Source of the DNA: Alphaproteobacteria bacterium
GTDB taxonomy: Bacteria; Pseudomonadota; Alphaproteobacteria; Micavibrionales; Micavibrionaceae
Length of the DNA stretch: 64,000 bases
Direction of reading: 5' to 3'
Assembly (NCBI GenBank): GCA_029880245.1
Contig: JAOUOR010000003.1
Span: 824 to 64,823, forward strand
Shown here: one piece after another, positions 1 to 9,128 of the stretch
Position numbering within the stretch: the stretch's first letter is position 1
How the letters are laid out: each line of letters opens with the position of its first letter
Program-made: the position numbers and the translations under genes
The notes under the pieces: model-generated
What the model saw: the letters and a program-made list of their open reading frames with translations, nothing else
The model's database searches: none
Told to the model about the DNA's origin: nothing

Positions 1-138
1 TTTATCTTTCCCAGATGCGCAAGGAAACAGATGACTATACGGAAGATAAATATATGCTTCCTTTTTCTATGACTACAAGCACTTATCCTAAGATTTTAGA
101 GAAATATATTAAGAGCACATTAAAAAATAGGATAAATC

Positions 139-321
139 ATGACTACGCTAAACCCTGATGACTTGATATATTCATATATTGTCGGAATTAAAGGAAGTAA
201 TAGCCTTTTGTTGATTGATGACAGTGTAAAGGATCTGACTCTTGATGAGATTAATAATCGTTTTGTTGTGACATATAGCTTTCTTCAAAGCGGATTAGAT
301 GTCGCGTCTCTAGGTTACTAA
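139..321 (+). CDS. small hypothetical protein, copy A1 of a triplicated small-protein family
   Basis: 60-aa ORF in the track. Its N-terminus (DDLIYSYIVGIKGSNSLLLIDD) aligns by eye with 663..773 (VEDLINNYNLTGEPSGTLIVPG) and 936..1139 (YLDLVYLLNGYNLIGNPQGVLTVPN). It shares VTYSF with 936..1139. The frame stays open past the TAA at 319-321 up to 426, and that extension carries DVPQDD, also present in 936..1139. Confidence 0.35.
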   Translation: MTTLNPDDLIYSYIVGIKGSNSLLLIDDSVKDLTLDEINNRFVVTYSFLQSGLDVASLGY

Positions 322-481
322 GGGGATAATAGCTTTGAACAGCAGAATTTTGTTAGTACAATTGACAACGCAGATATTGATGTTCCTCAGGATGACGGTG
401 TGAAATCAAGGTCAAGTTATTGTTAAATGCACATTATGGTTGTTATAACCATGGGCACATTTTGATTGAAAGGGGATTTCT

Positions 482-658
482 GTGAAGAAAAAGATATTGC
501 TGGGAATTGGAGTTTTTGTTGTTTTGATTGTTATTTGGAGAGTTAACGCAATGATAAACACCCCTGAACCAGCAGGCGCTGTCGGTGGCGTATACGATGT
601 AGAGACTAAAAAGTTTTATCATCCCAAAGAATTGCGAAAGAAAAACAAGAAAGAGTAA
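482..658 (+). CDS. small single-pass membrane protein, copy B1
   Basis: My own translation; the ORF is below the track's 60-aa cut-off. GTG start preceded by AAGGGGA. 58 aa: MKKKILLGIGVFVVLIVIWRV... then a charged tail ending KKNKKE. Same basic-N-terminus/one-helix/polar-tail layout as 770..943 and 1156..1437. Confidence 0.35.
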   Translation: MKKKILLGIGVFVVLIVIWRVNAMINTPEPAGAVGGVYDVETKKFYHPKELRKKNKKE

Positions 659-662
659 CACA

Positions 663-773
663 ATGACTGTATCATACACGGATGTAGAAGATTTAATTAA
701 TAATTATAACTTAACAGGCGAACCATCTGGGACGTTAATTGTTCCGGGCATAGTTTTGGATGAAAAGACATGA
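663..773 (+). CDS. small hypothetical protein, copy A2 (short)
   Basis: My own translation, 36 aa: MTVSYTDVEDLINNYNLTGEPSGTLIVPGIVLDEKT. Clear similarity to the N-terminus of 936..1139. Its TGA overlaps the ATG of the next ORF (ATGA at 770-773). Confidence 0.35.
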   Translation: MTVSYTDVEDLINNYNLTGEPSGTLIVPGIVLDEKT

Positions 774-943
774 GTAGAAAGATATTATTTAGTATTCTAG
801 GTACACTAATAGGGCTACTTGTATTGTGGTGGGTCCATTTAGTCATAACACCACCAATGCCGTCAAATTCAATGGACGGTAGAAAAAGTGCTAGTGAATG
901 GATGCAGACAATAGAGACACAGAGGAGAATGAACAATGAGTGA
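770..943 (+). CDS. small single-pass membrane protein, copy B2
   Basis: My own translation, 57 aa: MSRKILFSILGTLIGLLVLWWVHLVITPP... ATGA overlap with the upstream ORF and an 8-nt overlap with the 936 ORF suggest translational coupling. Confidence 0.35.
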   Translation: MSRKILFSILGTLIGLLVLWWVHLVITPPMPSNSMDGRKSASEWMQTIETQRRMNNE

Positions 944-1139
944 TTATTTAGATCTGGTATATTTATTAAACGGATATAATCTCATTGGGAATCCGCAAGG
1001 TGTTTTAACGGTTCCAAATCTTGATGTTCCTCAGGATGATGATGACAATCACATTGTGACCTATTCCTTTTTTAGGACAGCAGATGATATTATTTTCTTG
1101 CATATCGGTGCGACCCTTTCCTATAAAACAATTTCATAA
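936..1139 (+). CDS. small hypothetical protein, copy A3
   Basis: 67-aa ORF in the track. Contains both the NxYNLxGxPxGxLxVP block and the DVPQDD / VTYSF motifs seen in the other copies. Confidence 0.4.
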   Translation: MSDYLDLVYLLNGYNLIGNPQGVLTVPNLDVPQDDDDNHIVTYSFFRTADDIIFLHIGATLSYKTIS

Positions 1140-1155
1140 AGAAGGTTTAAGGTTA

Positions 1156-1437
1156 ATGAACGAAGAAAATAGGGAGACGTATACTAAGAATAATTCTCGC
1201 TTAGGTATTTTTGTGTTGTGGTTTTTGATTTTATTATTAATACTTTTGTTGTTTTTGCCGGTTAGACAGAAGGTTTGTGAATTAACAGGGATATGTTATT
1301 TCACTTGTGTTGAGTATTCGGGTGAACCTGTAAAGATAGAATTAAATAAGACTTTGACCTGTGAGGAGATGGAATTCATAAAGCAGCAAAAATTGCTTTA
1401 CAGACTTAAATCAACTTTTGGTTTGAGCAGCAACTAA
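1156..1437 (+). CDS. small single-pass membrane protein, copy B3 (longer C-terminal domain)
   Basis: Internal ATG of track ORF 1084..1437, preceded by AAGG. MNEENRETYTKNNSRLGIFVLWFLILLLILLLFLPV then a Cys-containing soluble tail. Confidence 0.4.
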   Translation: MNEENRETYTKNNSRLGIFVLWFLILLLILLLFLPVRQKVCELTGICYFTCVEYSGEPVKIELNKTLTCEEMEFIKQQKLLYRLKSTFGLSSN

Positions 1438-1533
1438 TGAATGGCTATTAAAGGATATGATGAACTCTGAAAGCAGGAATCATCATGCGGGGCATATCCA
1501 AGTGTCAGGCACAAAACATTTCTGAACATATTT

Positions 1534-2079
1534 CTACATCCATTTAGACGGGCCGCTCGGCGCGTTAAAATCCAGCGGATTGGCAAAATCTATGAGCGTA
1601 TTTTTACGGAGCTGAATATCTGCCCAGTTTTCGCATGAGCACTCAATTATGCTCATGCTGGCAGGAGGGTATCCTTCGCTCAGGCGTTGAATAGCGCTGT
1701 CTGCGCCGCCGCCGACAAGATCGGATGCTAGTCCGTAAATACTGGGGTTGTGGCCGATTATCATAATGTTTGAAATCGTATCGTCACAATTTTGCAAAAG
1801 GTCTAAGTAATCACCTGTTGCGCCGCTATAGAGAATTTCGGGGAATTGCAGTGCTTGGACGTTAAGTGCTTTATTAAGTTGTTCGAGTGTTTCCTGCGTG
1901 CGTTTTGCCGGAGAGCAGAAAATTTGGTCAGGTATATATCCTTTATCTTTTAGGAATATTCCGGCCTTGAGTGCATCATCTTTGCCCTTGGGACTTAATG
2001 GGCGGGATTTGTCATCTGCCGCAGAGGTAGCTTGGGCATGCCGTATCAGAAATAGTTTCTTTGCTTTATTTCCCGACAT
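1534..2079 (-). CDS. sixA: histidine phosphatase superfamily protein, SixA-like phosphohistidine phosphatase
   Basis: N-terminal LIRHAQA (RHG/RHA catalytic motif), SPAKRTQET, and IIGHNP near the C-terminal third. Size 181 aa. Lies 4 nt downstream of rnd on the same strand. Confidence 0.6.
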   Translation of the reverse strand: MSGNKAKKLFLIRHAQATSAADDKSRPLSPKGKDDALKAGIFLKDKGYIPDQIFCSPAKRTQETLEQLNKALNVQALQFPEILYSGATGDYLDLLQNCDDTISNIMIIGHNPSIYGLASDLVGGGADSAIQRLSEGYPPASMSIIECSCENWADIQLRKNTLIDFANPLDFNAPSGPSKWM

Positions 2080-2083
2080 TTCC

Positions 2084-3286
2084 TTAGCTTTCCTGCCCGT
2101 TTTTAATTCTGATTTTCGTGATTTGTCCTTTATTCAAGCCGATGGCTATTTTTCCGGCCTTTAGGTCAAGTGCGTCTTTCCCGAAAACATCATAACGCCA
2201 TCCTCTTAAAGCAGGAAGGTTTTTTGTCTCTCCGCGGGCGATTAGCTCCAGATCATCTGATGAGGCAATGAGTTTGGCGGCGACACCATGTTCGGCGCTT
2301 TGGATTTTTAGAAGCATCTTTAAGATATCCAATGTCGCTGATGCGCTGGATGATAGTTGTTTCTTGCGCTCAGGGGCTTGCGGCCAGTGTTCTTTGGGAG
2401 TGTCCAGTGCCGTTTTTACCAGCCCTATAATTGTCTCGCCTGTGTGACTACTCGCCATATCTTTCGAAATGTTTCTTATGCTCGAAAGTTTATCCTTATT
2501 ATTTGGTGCAGCTTGCGCTATGGCGGCCAGTGTTTCATCTTTCATTATCCAGTTTTTCGGGATATTTTTCCTTCGTGCCTGTTGCTCGCGCCATGCTGCA
2601 AGCTCTTTTAGGACAATGAGTGTTTTAGCATTCGGTGAGCGGAGTTTAACTTTTTTCCAGACTTCGTATGGATCATTGACGTATGTGGCCGGGTCGGAAA
2701 GAATTTCTTCTTCTTGTAAGAGCCAAGAAGTCCGGTTCTTTTTTTCAAGCTCATTGGCTAAATGATGATAGACATCTACAAGATGGGTGACATCACCTAA
2801 TGCATAGCTAAGCTGTTTATTGCTTAGAGGGCGCAAGGACCAATCTGTAAACTGGCTGCTTTTATCAATTTGTACACCTGTGACGTCTCGTACGATTTTT
2901 TCATAGCCTACAGAGTCACCAAATCCACAGACCATTGCAGCGATTTGTGTATCGAAGAAGGGTTGCGGCACAACGTCGCCTTGAATATAAAAAATTTCCA
3001 GATCCTGGCGGCCTGCATGAAAGACTTTCAGAACGTTTTCATTGGCTAACAGTTCATAGAGTGGTTTTAGATCAATGCCTTTTGCCAAAGGGTCTATGGT
3101 GACAGCATTTTTGTCAGGATCACTGAGTTGAACCAGACAGAGCTTCGGGTAATAGGTTTTTTCCCGTAAAAATTCTGTATCAATTGTTATAAAATTCTGG
3201 CTGGAAAGGCCTTTGCAAAGTTGCTTTAATTCCTGTGATGTTGAAATAATATTCATGTTATCCTTAATTACTTTAGGCTCTATCAT
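2084..3286 (-). CDS. rnd: ribonuclease D
   Basis: DEDD exonuclease motifs (ITIDTEFLRE, FHAGRQDLE, YALGDVTHL) followed by an HRDC-like region. 400 aa. The true start may be the internal MNIISTS. Confidence 0.85.
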   Translation of the reverse strand: MIEPKVIKDNMNIISTSQELKQLCKGLSSQNFITIDTEFLREKTYYPKLCLVQLSDPDKNAVTIDPLAKGIDLKPLYELLANENVLKVFHAGRQDLEIFYIQGDVVPQPFFDTQIAAMVCGFGDSVGYEKIVRDVTGVQIDKSSQFTDWSLRPLSNKQLSYALGDVTHLVDVYHHLANELEKKNRTSWLLQEEEILSDPATYVNDPYEVWKKVKLRSPNAKTLIVLKELAAWREQQARRKNIPKNWIMKDETLAAIAQAAPNNKDKLSSIRNISKDMASSHTGETIIGLVKTALDTPKEHWPQAPERKKQLSSSASATLDILKMLLKIQSAEHGVAAKLIASSDDLELIARGETKNLPALRGWRYDVFGKDALDLKAGKIAIGLNKGQITKIRIKNGQES

Positions 3287-3412
3287 ACAATATTAGTGAT
3301 CTTCGTCCAGAGCTTATCTTCCATAATTAAAGCTTAGTTGTGCTAAAAAAATACTTGGTCTTGGCATAGCTTTATGCTTAAACAGTGTTTCAAAACTAAA
3401 GGGTTAAAAGAC

Positions 3413-5212
3413 ATGCACAGATTTAGAACGCATAAATGTTCCGAGCTAAGGAAAGATCATATTGACCAAGAGGTTAAACTCTCTGGCTGGATAAACCGTA
3501 TTTATGATCTGGGCGGGGTGTTATTCGTTATTTTGCGCGATACATATGGTCTTACGCAATGTATTGTCGAGGAAAGCTCACCCTTGCTAGAGACAGCGAG
3601 TAAATGGCGCGTGGAAAGCGTGGTTACCATTACCGGTAAGGTTCGTGCGCGTTCAGCAGAGACGATTAATCCCAAAATGCCGACTGGAGAGATTGAGGTT
3701 TATATCGAAAGCGCGGAAGTGCAGTCATCGGCTGATGTTATTCCCTTTCAGGTCTATGAAGATGACGGGGCGGGTGAGGATATCCGTCTTCGATACCGTT
3801 ATCTGGATTTGCGCCGCGAGCAGATGCAAAAGAAAATCCGTCTTCGCAATAATGTAGTTGCAGCAATGAGACATAAAATGTGGGATCAGGGTTTTCAGGA
3901 ATTTCAGACGCCGATCCTGACGGCCAGCTCGCCGGAAGGAGCGCGGGATTATCTTGTGCCATCGCGCTTGCATCCGGGTAAGTTTTATGCGCTCCCGCAA
4001 GCGCCGCAGCAATTCAAGCAGCTTTTGATGATGTCGGGCTTTGATAAATATTTTCAGATTGCACCGTGTTTCCGGGACGAGGATGGACGTGCCGACCGTC
4101 TGGCAGAGTTCTATCAGCTTGATGTCGAGATGAGCTTTGTCACGCAGGAGGATGTGCATAATACCATCCAGCCTGTTATTCAGAGCATATTTGAAGATTT
4201 TTCTGACTTTACAGGCGAAAAGCGCGAAGTGATCTGGTGTGACTCATTGCCGTATAAAGAGGCGATGTTAAAATATGGAACAGACAAGCCGGATCTTCGT
4301 AATCCGCTTGAGATTGTGGATGTAACTGAAGTTTTTGCTCGCGATGATGTCGAGTTTAAAGCGTTTAAGGGTGTGATTGAGAAGGGCGGTGTAGTTCGTG
4401 CTATCCGTGCGCCTAAGGTTTCCGATCAACCACGCAGTTTCTTTGATAAGCTTAACTCTTGGGCGCAAGGCCAAGGTGCGCCGGGCTTGGGGTATGTGTT
4501 GTTTGCCGATGGTGAGGGCAAAGGTCCGATTGCCAAATTCATTCCCGAAGCAGCGCAGGAGGCTTTGAAAAACGCAGCAGGTCTTGAAGATGGCGATGCA
4601 ATCTTCTTTGTGTGTAACAAGGAACATGAAGCTGCTAAATTTGCCGGAGCGGCGCGCGATGCGATTTGTGATGCTATGGGTAATCGAGAGCAGGGCGTTT
4701 ATAAGCTCTGCTGGATTATTGATTTCCCGATGTATGAATTTGATGAGAAGACCCAGAGGATTGATTTTTCTCATAATCCGTTTTCGATGCCGCAGGGCGG
4801 GATGGCTGATCTGGAGGATAAAGACCCTCTTGATGTTTATGCGTGGCAATATGATTGCGTGTGTAACGGGTTTGAGCTGGCCTCGGGGGCGATCCGTAAT
4901 CACAAGCCCGAGATCATGGAAAAGGCATTTGGCATAGCCGGTTACAGCAAGGATGTTTTAGAGGCCGAGTTTGGTGGAATGCTCAATGCCATGCGCTATG
5001 GAGCGCCGCCTCATGGCGGGCTGGCTTTCGGGGTGGACCGGATTATTATGCTGCTGGCGGATGAGCCGAATTTGCGCGAAGTCTATGCCTTTGTCATGAA
5101 TGGTCAATATGAAGACCAGATGATGCAGGCCCCCAGCGAGATCGGGCATGAACAGCTTAAAGAGCTTCACCTGAAAGTGAATCTGCCGAAAAAGATGACA
5201 GATGCGGCTTAG
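3413..5212 (+). CDS. aspS: aspartate--tRNA ligase
   Basis: Class IIb aaRS motifs ([19 protein letters not shown]) and an N-terminal OB anticodon-binding domain. Start chosen at [13 protein letters not shown], which matches the usual AspRS N-terminus. The track ORF begins 13 codons earlier. Confidence 0.95.
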   Translation: MHRFRTHKCSELRKDHIDQEVKLSGWINRIYDLGGVLFVILRDTYGLTQCIVEESSPLLETASKWRVESVVTITGKVRARSAETINPKMPTGEIEVYIESAEVQSSADVIPFQVYEDDGAGEDIRLRYRYLDLRREQMQKKIRLRNNVVAAMRHKMWDQGFQEFQTPILTASSPEGARDYLVPSRLHPGKFYALPQAPQQFKQLLMMSGFDKYFQIAPCFRDEDGRADRLAEFYQLDVEMSFVTQEDVHNTIQPVIQSIFEDFSDFTGEKREVIWCDSLPYKEAMLKYGTDKPDLRNPLEIVDVTEVFARDDVEFKAFKGVIEKGGVVRAIRAPKVSDQPRSFFDKLNSWAQGQGAPGLGYVLFADGEGKGPIAKFIPEAAQEALKNAAGLEDGDAIFFVCNKEHEAAKFAGAARDAICDAMGNREQGVYKLCWIIDFPMYEFDEKTQRIDFSHNPFSMPQGGMADLEDKDPLDVYAWQYDCVCNGFELASGAIRNHKPEIMEKAFGIAGYSKDVLEAEFGGMLNAMRYGAPPHGGLAFGVDRIIMLLADEPNLREVYAFVMNGQYEDQMMQAPSEIGHEQLKELHLKVNLPKKMTDAA

Positions 5213-5240
5213 AGATGATATAGTATGTAAATTTTAGGTA

Positions 5241-5780
5241 ATGAGTAATGAGAGTTTTTTAATGTCAAAAAAAGATGAATATAATTTAATACAGAATGAT
5301 ATATTTCTATTCCGTCAGTATTTAAGAGGGTTAGTGGTTGCGCAATGTGATAATGTTCCTGATGCACTGTATATTGATCGTGATAAAGAAGAGATAATGA
5401 GGATAAGTCAAGAAATTGGTGAGCCTATTCTTTTTCGGATGGGAGATGATCTTGAGCAGCTTTATGTCCCTGATACAGAATTTACTCAGAAAATGTGTGA
5501 TGGTACGATACCGAAAGGAGGATCTTGGATGCCGGTTGTTTCAAGGAAGGCTGAAAAGCTGGTGAGCGAGGGAATGTTTGAAAGGGGGGCTCCATTGTTT
5601 TCAGGCGCTAATGCAACACAAGGCATAAAATATACACTAGATGTTGGTATGGGTGAGAATCTAGAAACTGCACAAGAGCATTTGAATGAGTTGGGCAATA
5701 TACGTGGCTTAGAAAAAATATCATTAGAAAAAAATGGCGGGATCATTGTTTATCCTGAGATCAATCATCCTGGATTGTGA
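5241..5780 (+). CDS. hypothetical protein
   Basis: 179-aa ORF with no competing ORF of similar quality. No motif recognised. Confidence 0.45.
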   Translation: MSNESFLMSKKDEYNLIQNDIFLFRQYLRGLVVAQCDNVPDALYIDRDKEEIMRISQEIGEPILFRMGDDLEQLYVPDTEFTQKMCDGTIPKGGSWMPVVSRKAEKLVSEGMFERGAPLFSGANATQGIKYTLDVGMGENLETAQEHLNELGNIRGLEKISLEKNGGIIVYPEINHPGL

Positions 5781-5831
5781 TAGCGGCAAGCACTCTTTTC
5801 AGATTTATGATTCTTATGCTATGAATTCCTT

Positions 5832-6269
5832 ATGCAAAAAATTCTTTTTGTAATCGCGGCATTTTTACTTATTAATTCTCCTGCCATAGCGGAGGAACAA
5901 AAGCCGCTTGATCCTGATCTGGTGCATGATGCTGTGCAATTGGCGGCGCAGGTCGATACCTATAATGTTTATTGTGAAAAGGAGTCGGCTCTTGCAGACG
6001 GGTTTATCGAAAGATTTGAAAAACGTGGCCTTACATTAGAACAGAAAGAAGAGCTTGTTTCTTTGCAAAAGAAGGTTAATGAAGCTTTGAGGGCTGATCT
6101 GGCAGAGCGTAAGCCCGATTGTAAGACATCTGATTTTTTGCTGGAGCGCCTGAAGGCTATGCGGGTTTTAAAGGCTGTGTCTTTTGCGCTGAACGGGGTT
6201 GACCCGTCGACTCTTCCCGATGCGGGGGCGAATGTACCGCTTGAAGAGCTATTAAAAGACCCTATTTGA
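5832..6269 (+). CDS. hypothetical secreted protein
   Basis: N-terminal signal peptide (MQKILFVIAAFLLINSPAIA|EE). 145 aa. Confidence 0.5.
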   Translation: MQKILFVIAAFLLINSPAIAEEQKPLDPDLVHDAVQLAAQVDTYNVYCEKESALADGFIERFEKRGLTLEQKEELVSLQKKVNEALRADLAERKPDCKTSDFLLERLKAMRVLKAVSFALNGVDPSTLPDAGANVPLEELLKDPI

Positions 6270-6864
6270 TTTTCAGTAAAGCCTCTTCTAACGTCTCACA
6301 ACGCGGGTCTCGGTCTAAACAGTAAATTGATGTGACCATCAGTTGATAATGAGTCATAGGCGGCTTTATTTTGGTAGATTCCGAGATGTCATAGATTGCA
6401 TTGGCGCATTCTGTCATAGCGCTTTTCATGGCATAGACGGGAACGTCTATTTGTAGGGCGGCAGTGGAAGCTGCGCAGTGTTCTTTTAAAAGCTCAATTT
6501 CGGGCTGAAAGCCGCCTTTATCCAGATCTTCGGCATATAATGAAGCCAGCGTTTTGTTAGAATGTGCCATTGATGTAAGGCAAGCCTTCGTTTCCCATGT
6601 TTTGGGGCAATTTAGAGACATGTCTTTCATATGAATTTGCAGAATTTTTGTTCTTTCATCCGTCGTTATGGGTGTTGAAGGGGGGGCCGGAGAAGGGGTA
6701 GGTGACGTCTTTTTCGAAGTAGTCTTGTTACTGTCGGCAGAGTGTGGCACAGGCTTGCTTGCAGAGTCTTGTGAGGGTTTGTTAAATATATCAATGCAAT
6801 AGGCAGGTGCAGCCGCTACCGTGCTTAGAAAGAATACAGAAAAAAGTAAAGTCACCACTTTCAT
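6262..6864 (-). CDS. hypothetical secreted protein with Pro/Thr/Ser-rich linker
   Basis: Signal peptide (MKVVTLLFSVFFLSTVAAAPA), a low-complexity TSKKTSPTPSPAPPSTP segment, and a Cys-containing C-terminal domain. Convergent 8-nt overlap with 5832..6269. Confidence 0.5.
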   Translation of the reverse strand: MKVVTLLFSVFFLSTVAAAPAYCIDIFNKPSQDSASKPVPHSADSNKTTSKKTSPTPSPAPPSTPITTDERTKILQIHMKDMSLNCPKTWETKACLTSMAHSNKTLASLYAEDLDKGGFQPEIELLKEHCAASTAALQIDVPVYAMKSAMTECANAIYDISESTKIKPPMTHYQLMVTSIYCLDRDPRCETLEEALLKIK

Positions 6865-7013
6865 TTTACGCCCCTTATTATTTCAATATTTTTTAAAATA
6901 CTATCGTGTTTATTGCTGCCATACAAACTAATATGTAATAAAATGATAAATTTTCATGCAAGGAATAAAATAACATTGACTTATTTTTTATCTCTATGTG
7001 ATAAGATGGCCTT

Positions 7014-7190
7014 ATGATCGAACATGTTGAAAATACTCAAAGTGAGCCATCTCCAAAAGGGTTTAAAGGGTTTTTGAAAAAATCTGGCAATAAGGCATTC
7101 TGGGTGTGGGTTGTTTATCAGGCGATTAAGGGGATTTTGACTACATCCTTGATATGGGTTCCAATGATTTATTTCTGGTGGACGCATTGA
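7014..7190 (+). CDS. small hypothetical membrane protein (58 aa)
   Basis: My own translation: MIEHVENTQSEPSPKGFKGFLKKSGNKAFWVWVVYQAIKGILTTSLIWVPMIYFWWTH. Below the track cut-off. A TTGACT-N18-GATAAG promoter-like sequence lies just upstream (6976..). It competes with antisense track ORF 6981..7280. Confidence 0.3.
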   Translation: MIEHVENTQSEPSPKGFKGFLKKSGNKAFWVWVVYQAIKGILTTSLIWVPMIYFWWTH

Positions 7191-7350
7191 CATCTTTTTC
7201 ATTTGACATTTTTGTCTGAAATCACTAAAACTGCGGCTATTCTCGGGAAAGAGAGAAGATATGCTTCTCCGTTGAGACATTCAAAGAATGTTTTCAAGCC
7301 TAATATGGCCTACCGGGACAATAACTGAAACAAAAAAAGGAACTATTGAT

Positions 7351-7968
7351 ATGAGTGGAAAACGCGTAGAATCCAAACATAAACTTGATCGCCGTATGGG
7401 CGCAAATATGTGGGGTCGTCCCAAATCTCCGTATAACAAACGCCAGACCGGACCTGGTATGCACGGCGCACGCCGCGGCAAGCCAACCGATTTCGGTACG
7501 CAGCTTATGGCTAAGCAGAAGCTTAAGGGGTATTACGGCTCTATCGGTGAGAAGCAATTCCGTCGTTATTTCAAGGAAGCTGATCGTCTGAAAGGTGACA
7601 CAGGCCAGAACTTGATTGGCCTGCTGGAGCGCCGCCTTGATGCTGTGATCTATCGCGCTTGCTTTGTGCCGACAGTTTTTGCGGCCCGTCAGTTCGTCAA
7701 TCACAAGCATGTAACCGTAAACGGCAAAGTCATAAACATCCCGTCTTATCAGGTGAAAGAGGGCGATGTCATCGAAATTAGAGAAAAATCACGTAATATT
7801 CCAATGGTTATCACAGCCGTTGATACTCAGGAACGCGAAGTGCCAGATTATATTGACGCGGATCACAAAGCCCGCAAGGCTACTTTCTTACGTATCCCAC
7901 GTCTGGAGGATGTCCCTTATCCGGTTCATATGGAACCAAATCTTATCGTGGAATTTTATTCACGTTAA
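7351..7968 (+). CDS. rpsD: 30S ribosomal protein S4
   Basis: [27 protein letters not shown]... is a typical alphaproteobacterial S4 N-terminus, and an S4 RNA-binding domain is present ([11 protein letters not shown]...). Start set at the ATG at 7351 rather than track start 7288. Confidence 0.95.
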   Translation: MSGKRVESKHKLDRRMGANMWGRPKSPYNKRQTGPGMHGARRGKPTDFGTQLMAKQKLKGYYGSIGEKQFRRYFKEADRLKGDTGQNLIGLLERRLDAVIYRACFVPTVFAARQFVNHKHVTVNGKVINIPSYQVKEGDVIEIREKSRNIPMVITAVDTQEREVPDYIDADHKARKATFLRIPRLEDVPYPVHMEPNLIVEFYSR

Positions 7969-7996
7969 TTGATTGTTCTATCTATAGAATTTTAAA

Positions 7997-8029
7997 AAGT
8001 CGCCTTAGTTTCTGGCGGCTTTTATTTTT
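7997..8029 (+). terminator. putative rho-independent terminator after rpsD
   Basis: Imperfect stem AAGTCGCC/GGCGGCTT followed by TTTATTTTT. The T-run overlaps the stop codon of the convergent trmJ-like gene. Confidence 0.4.
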
Positions 8030-8816
8030 CGCCGCGCTTCTTTTTATTTCCTCTGAGTGCCGAGAGTATGCCGTGTAGAATATTGAGTTCCCCTTGGGTG
8101 ATATCGGCGCGGGAGAAAATATTACGGACATTGCGCCTCATAATGGCTTCTGATCCTTCCGAGCGAAAGAAATGTGCGGCTTCCAACTCTGTTTCCAGCC
8201 TTTTGAAGAAGGCCTCTTTTTCCTTGAGCGGTGCAGGTGGCGGATTATTGTCATCATATGCAGTCATTGTTTCTTGTGTTTTGATCCATTCATAACCCAG
8301 CAGCAAAACCGATTGCGCCAGATTGAGCGAGGAAAAATCAGCCCTTGTAGGAATAGAGATGATTCCGTGACAAAGGGCTATTTCGTCATTGAGCAATCCT
8401 GAGCGCTCGCCGCCAAAGAGAATTCCTGTTTTCTGGTTCTGTGCTAGTCTCTGGCATAATTCCTCTACTGCCGATTCGGGGCTAAAGACCGATTTTATCA
8501 TATTTCTATCTCTGGACGTTGTGGCCAGAACATAGTGCAGGTCTGCTATGGATTCGGCAGTCGAATCATAAACCTTAACAGGCGGCATAATGTCTAATGC
8601 TCCGGCGGCATTGGCTGTTGCTTTTTCGTTTGGCCAGCCATCACGCGGGGCGATAAGGCGCAGATCGGTCAGGCCAAAATTCAGCATCGCACGAGCGGCA
8701 GCGCCGATATTTTCGCCCATTTGTGGGTGGGATAGAATGACAGAAAACACTTTAACTCTTTGTTCTTGTAATTTTATTTCAATTATACTGCGGATTTTTA
8801 CAGAAAAATAAGCCAA
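8022..8816 (-). CDS. trmJ: SpoU/TrmH-family RNA 2'-O-methyltransferase, TrmJ-like
   Basis: ENIGAAARAMLNFG near the N-terminus, FGGERSGL, and IPT....SLNLAQSV (SPOUT knot motifs). The start codon is uncertain; the track ORF probably carries an N-terminal over-extension. Confidence 0.7.
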   Translation of the reverse strand: MAYFSVKIRSIIEIKLQEQRVKVFSVILSHPQMGENIGAAARAMLNFGLTDLRLIAPRDGWPNEKATANAAGALDIMPPVKVYDSTAESIADLHYVLATTSRDRNMIKSVFSPESAVEELCQRLAQNQKTGILFGGERSGLLNDEIALCHGIISIPTRADFSSLNLAQSVLLLGYEWIKTQETMTAYDDNNPPPAPLKEKEAFFKRLETELEAAHFFRSEGSEAIMRRNVRNIFSRADITQGELNILHGILSALRGNKKKRGEK

Positions 8817-8891
8817 AACTTTACTTACGCGCGTTTTTCCGCTATAAGATTAGAACAATAATAAAAAAAATTACATGAAGGGGCAATTGAT

Positions 8892-9128
8892 ATGTTAATG
8901 AAAAGCGGCATGAAAGACGTTACCGAAGGTGAAAAGGACGTCTTTAATATAATCGAAGAATTTTCCGAACTTACACCAAGACGAAAAGTTCTCCTGTGTG
9001 ATCACTTGTTCACAGAAGGTCGTCAGGCCTTTTACAACACGGTAGAATTGCTCTGGCCTCAATCTTCTGGCGCAGATGCAAAACGCCTTGAGAAGTTTCT
9101 TTATTCATTGAAAAACAAGTCGCACTAA
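8892..9128 (+). CDS. hypothetical protein
   Basis: 78-aa ORF filling the gap between the trmJ-like gene and gltX. No motif recognised. Confidence 0.3.
   Translation: MLMKSGMKDVTEGEKDVFNIIEEFSELTPRRKVLLCDHLFTEGRQAFYNTVELLWPQSSGADAKRLEKFLYSLKNKSH

Noticed and set aside
443-936. Track ORFs 443..679 (-) and 697..936 (-), 78-79 aa
   Set aside because: They lie antisense to the repeated, translationally coupled plus-strand cassette (482..658, 663..773, 770..943), which shows paralogy and Shine-Dalgarno/overlap signals. The minus ORFs show no such features. The plus-strand ORFs are themselves only moderately supported.
3725-4903. Long antisense ORFs inside aspS (3725..4159 -, 4268..4903 -, and others)
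   Set aside because: These are shadow ORFs opposite a highly conserved aaRS gene with an Arg/Leu/Ser-rich, non-protein-like composition. The same reasoning applies to antisense or alternative-frame ORFs inside gltX (9220..9837), nadE, the DAHP synthase gene, uvrA (for example 26567..26968, 27695..28081), gyrA (30975..32876 set), the symporter gene (55345..55839, 55492..55953, 56313..56738), flhB (58502..58963), the DUF4139 gene and cckA (63121..63666).
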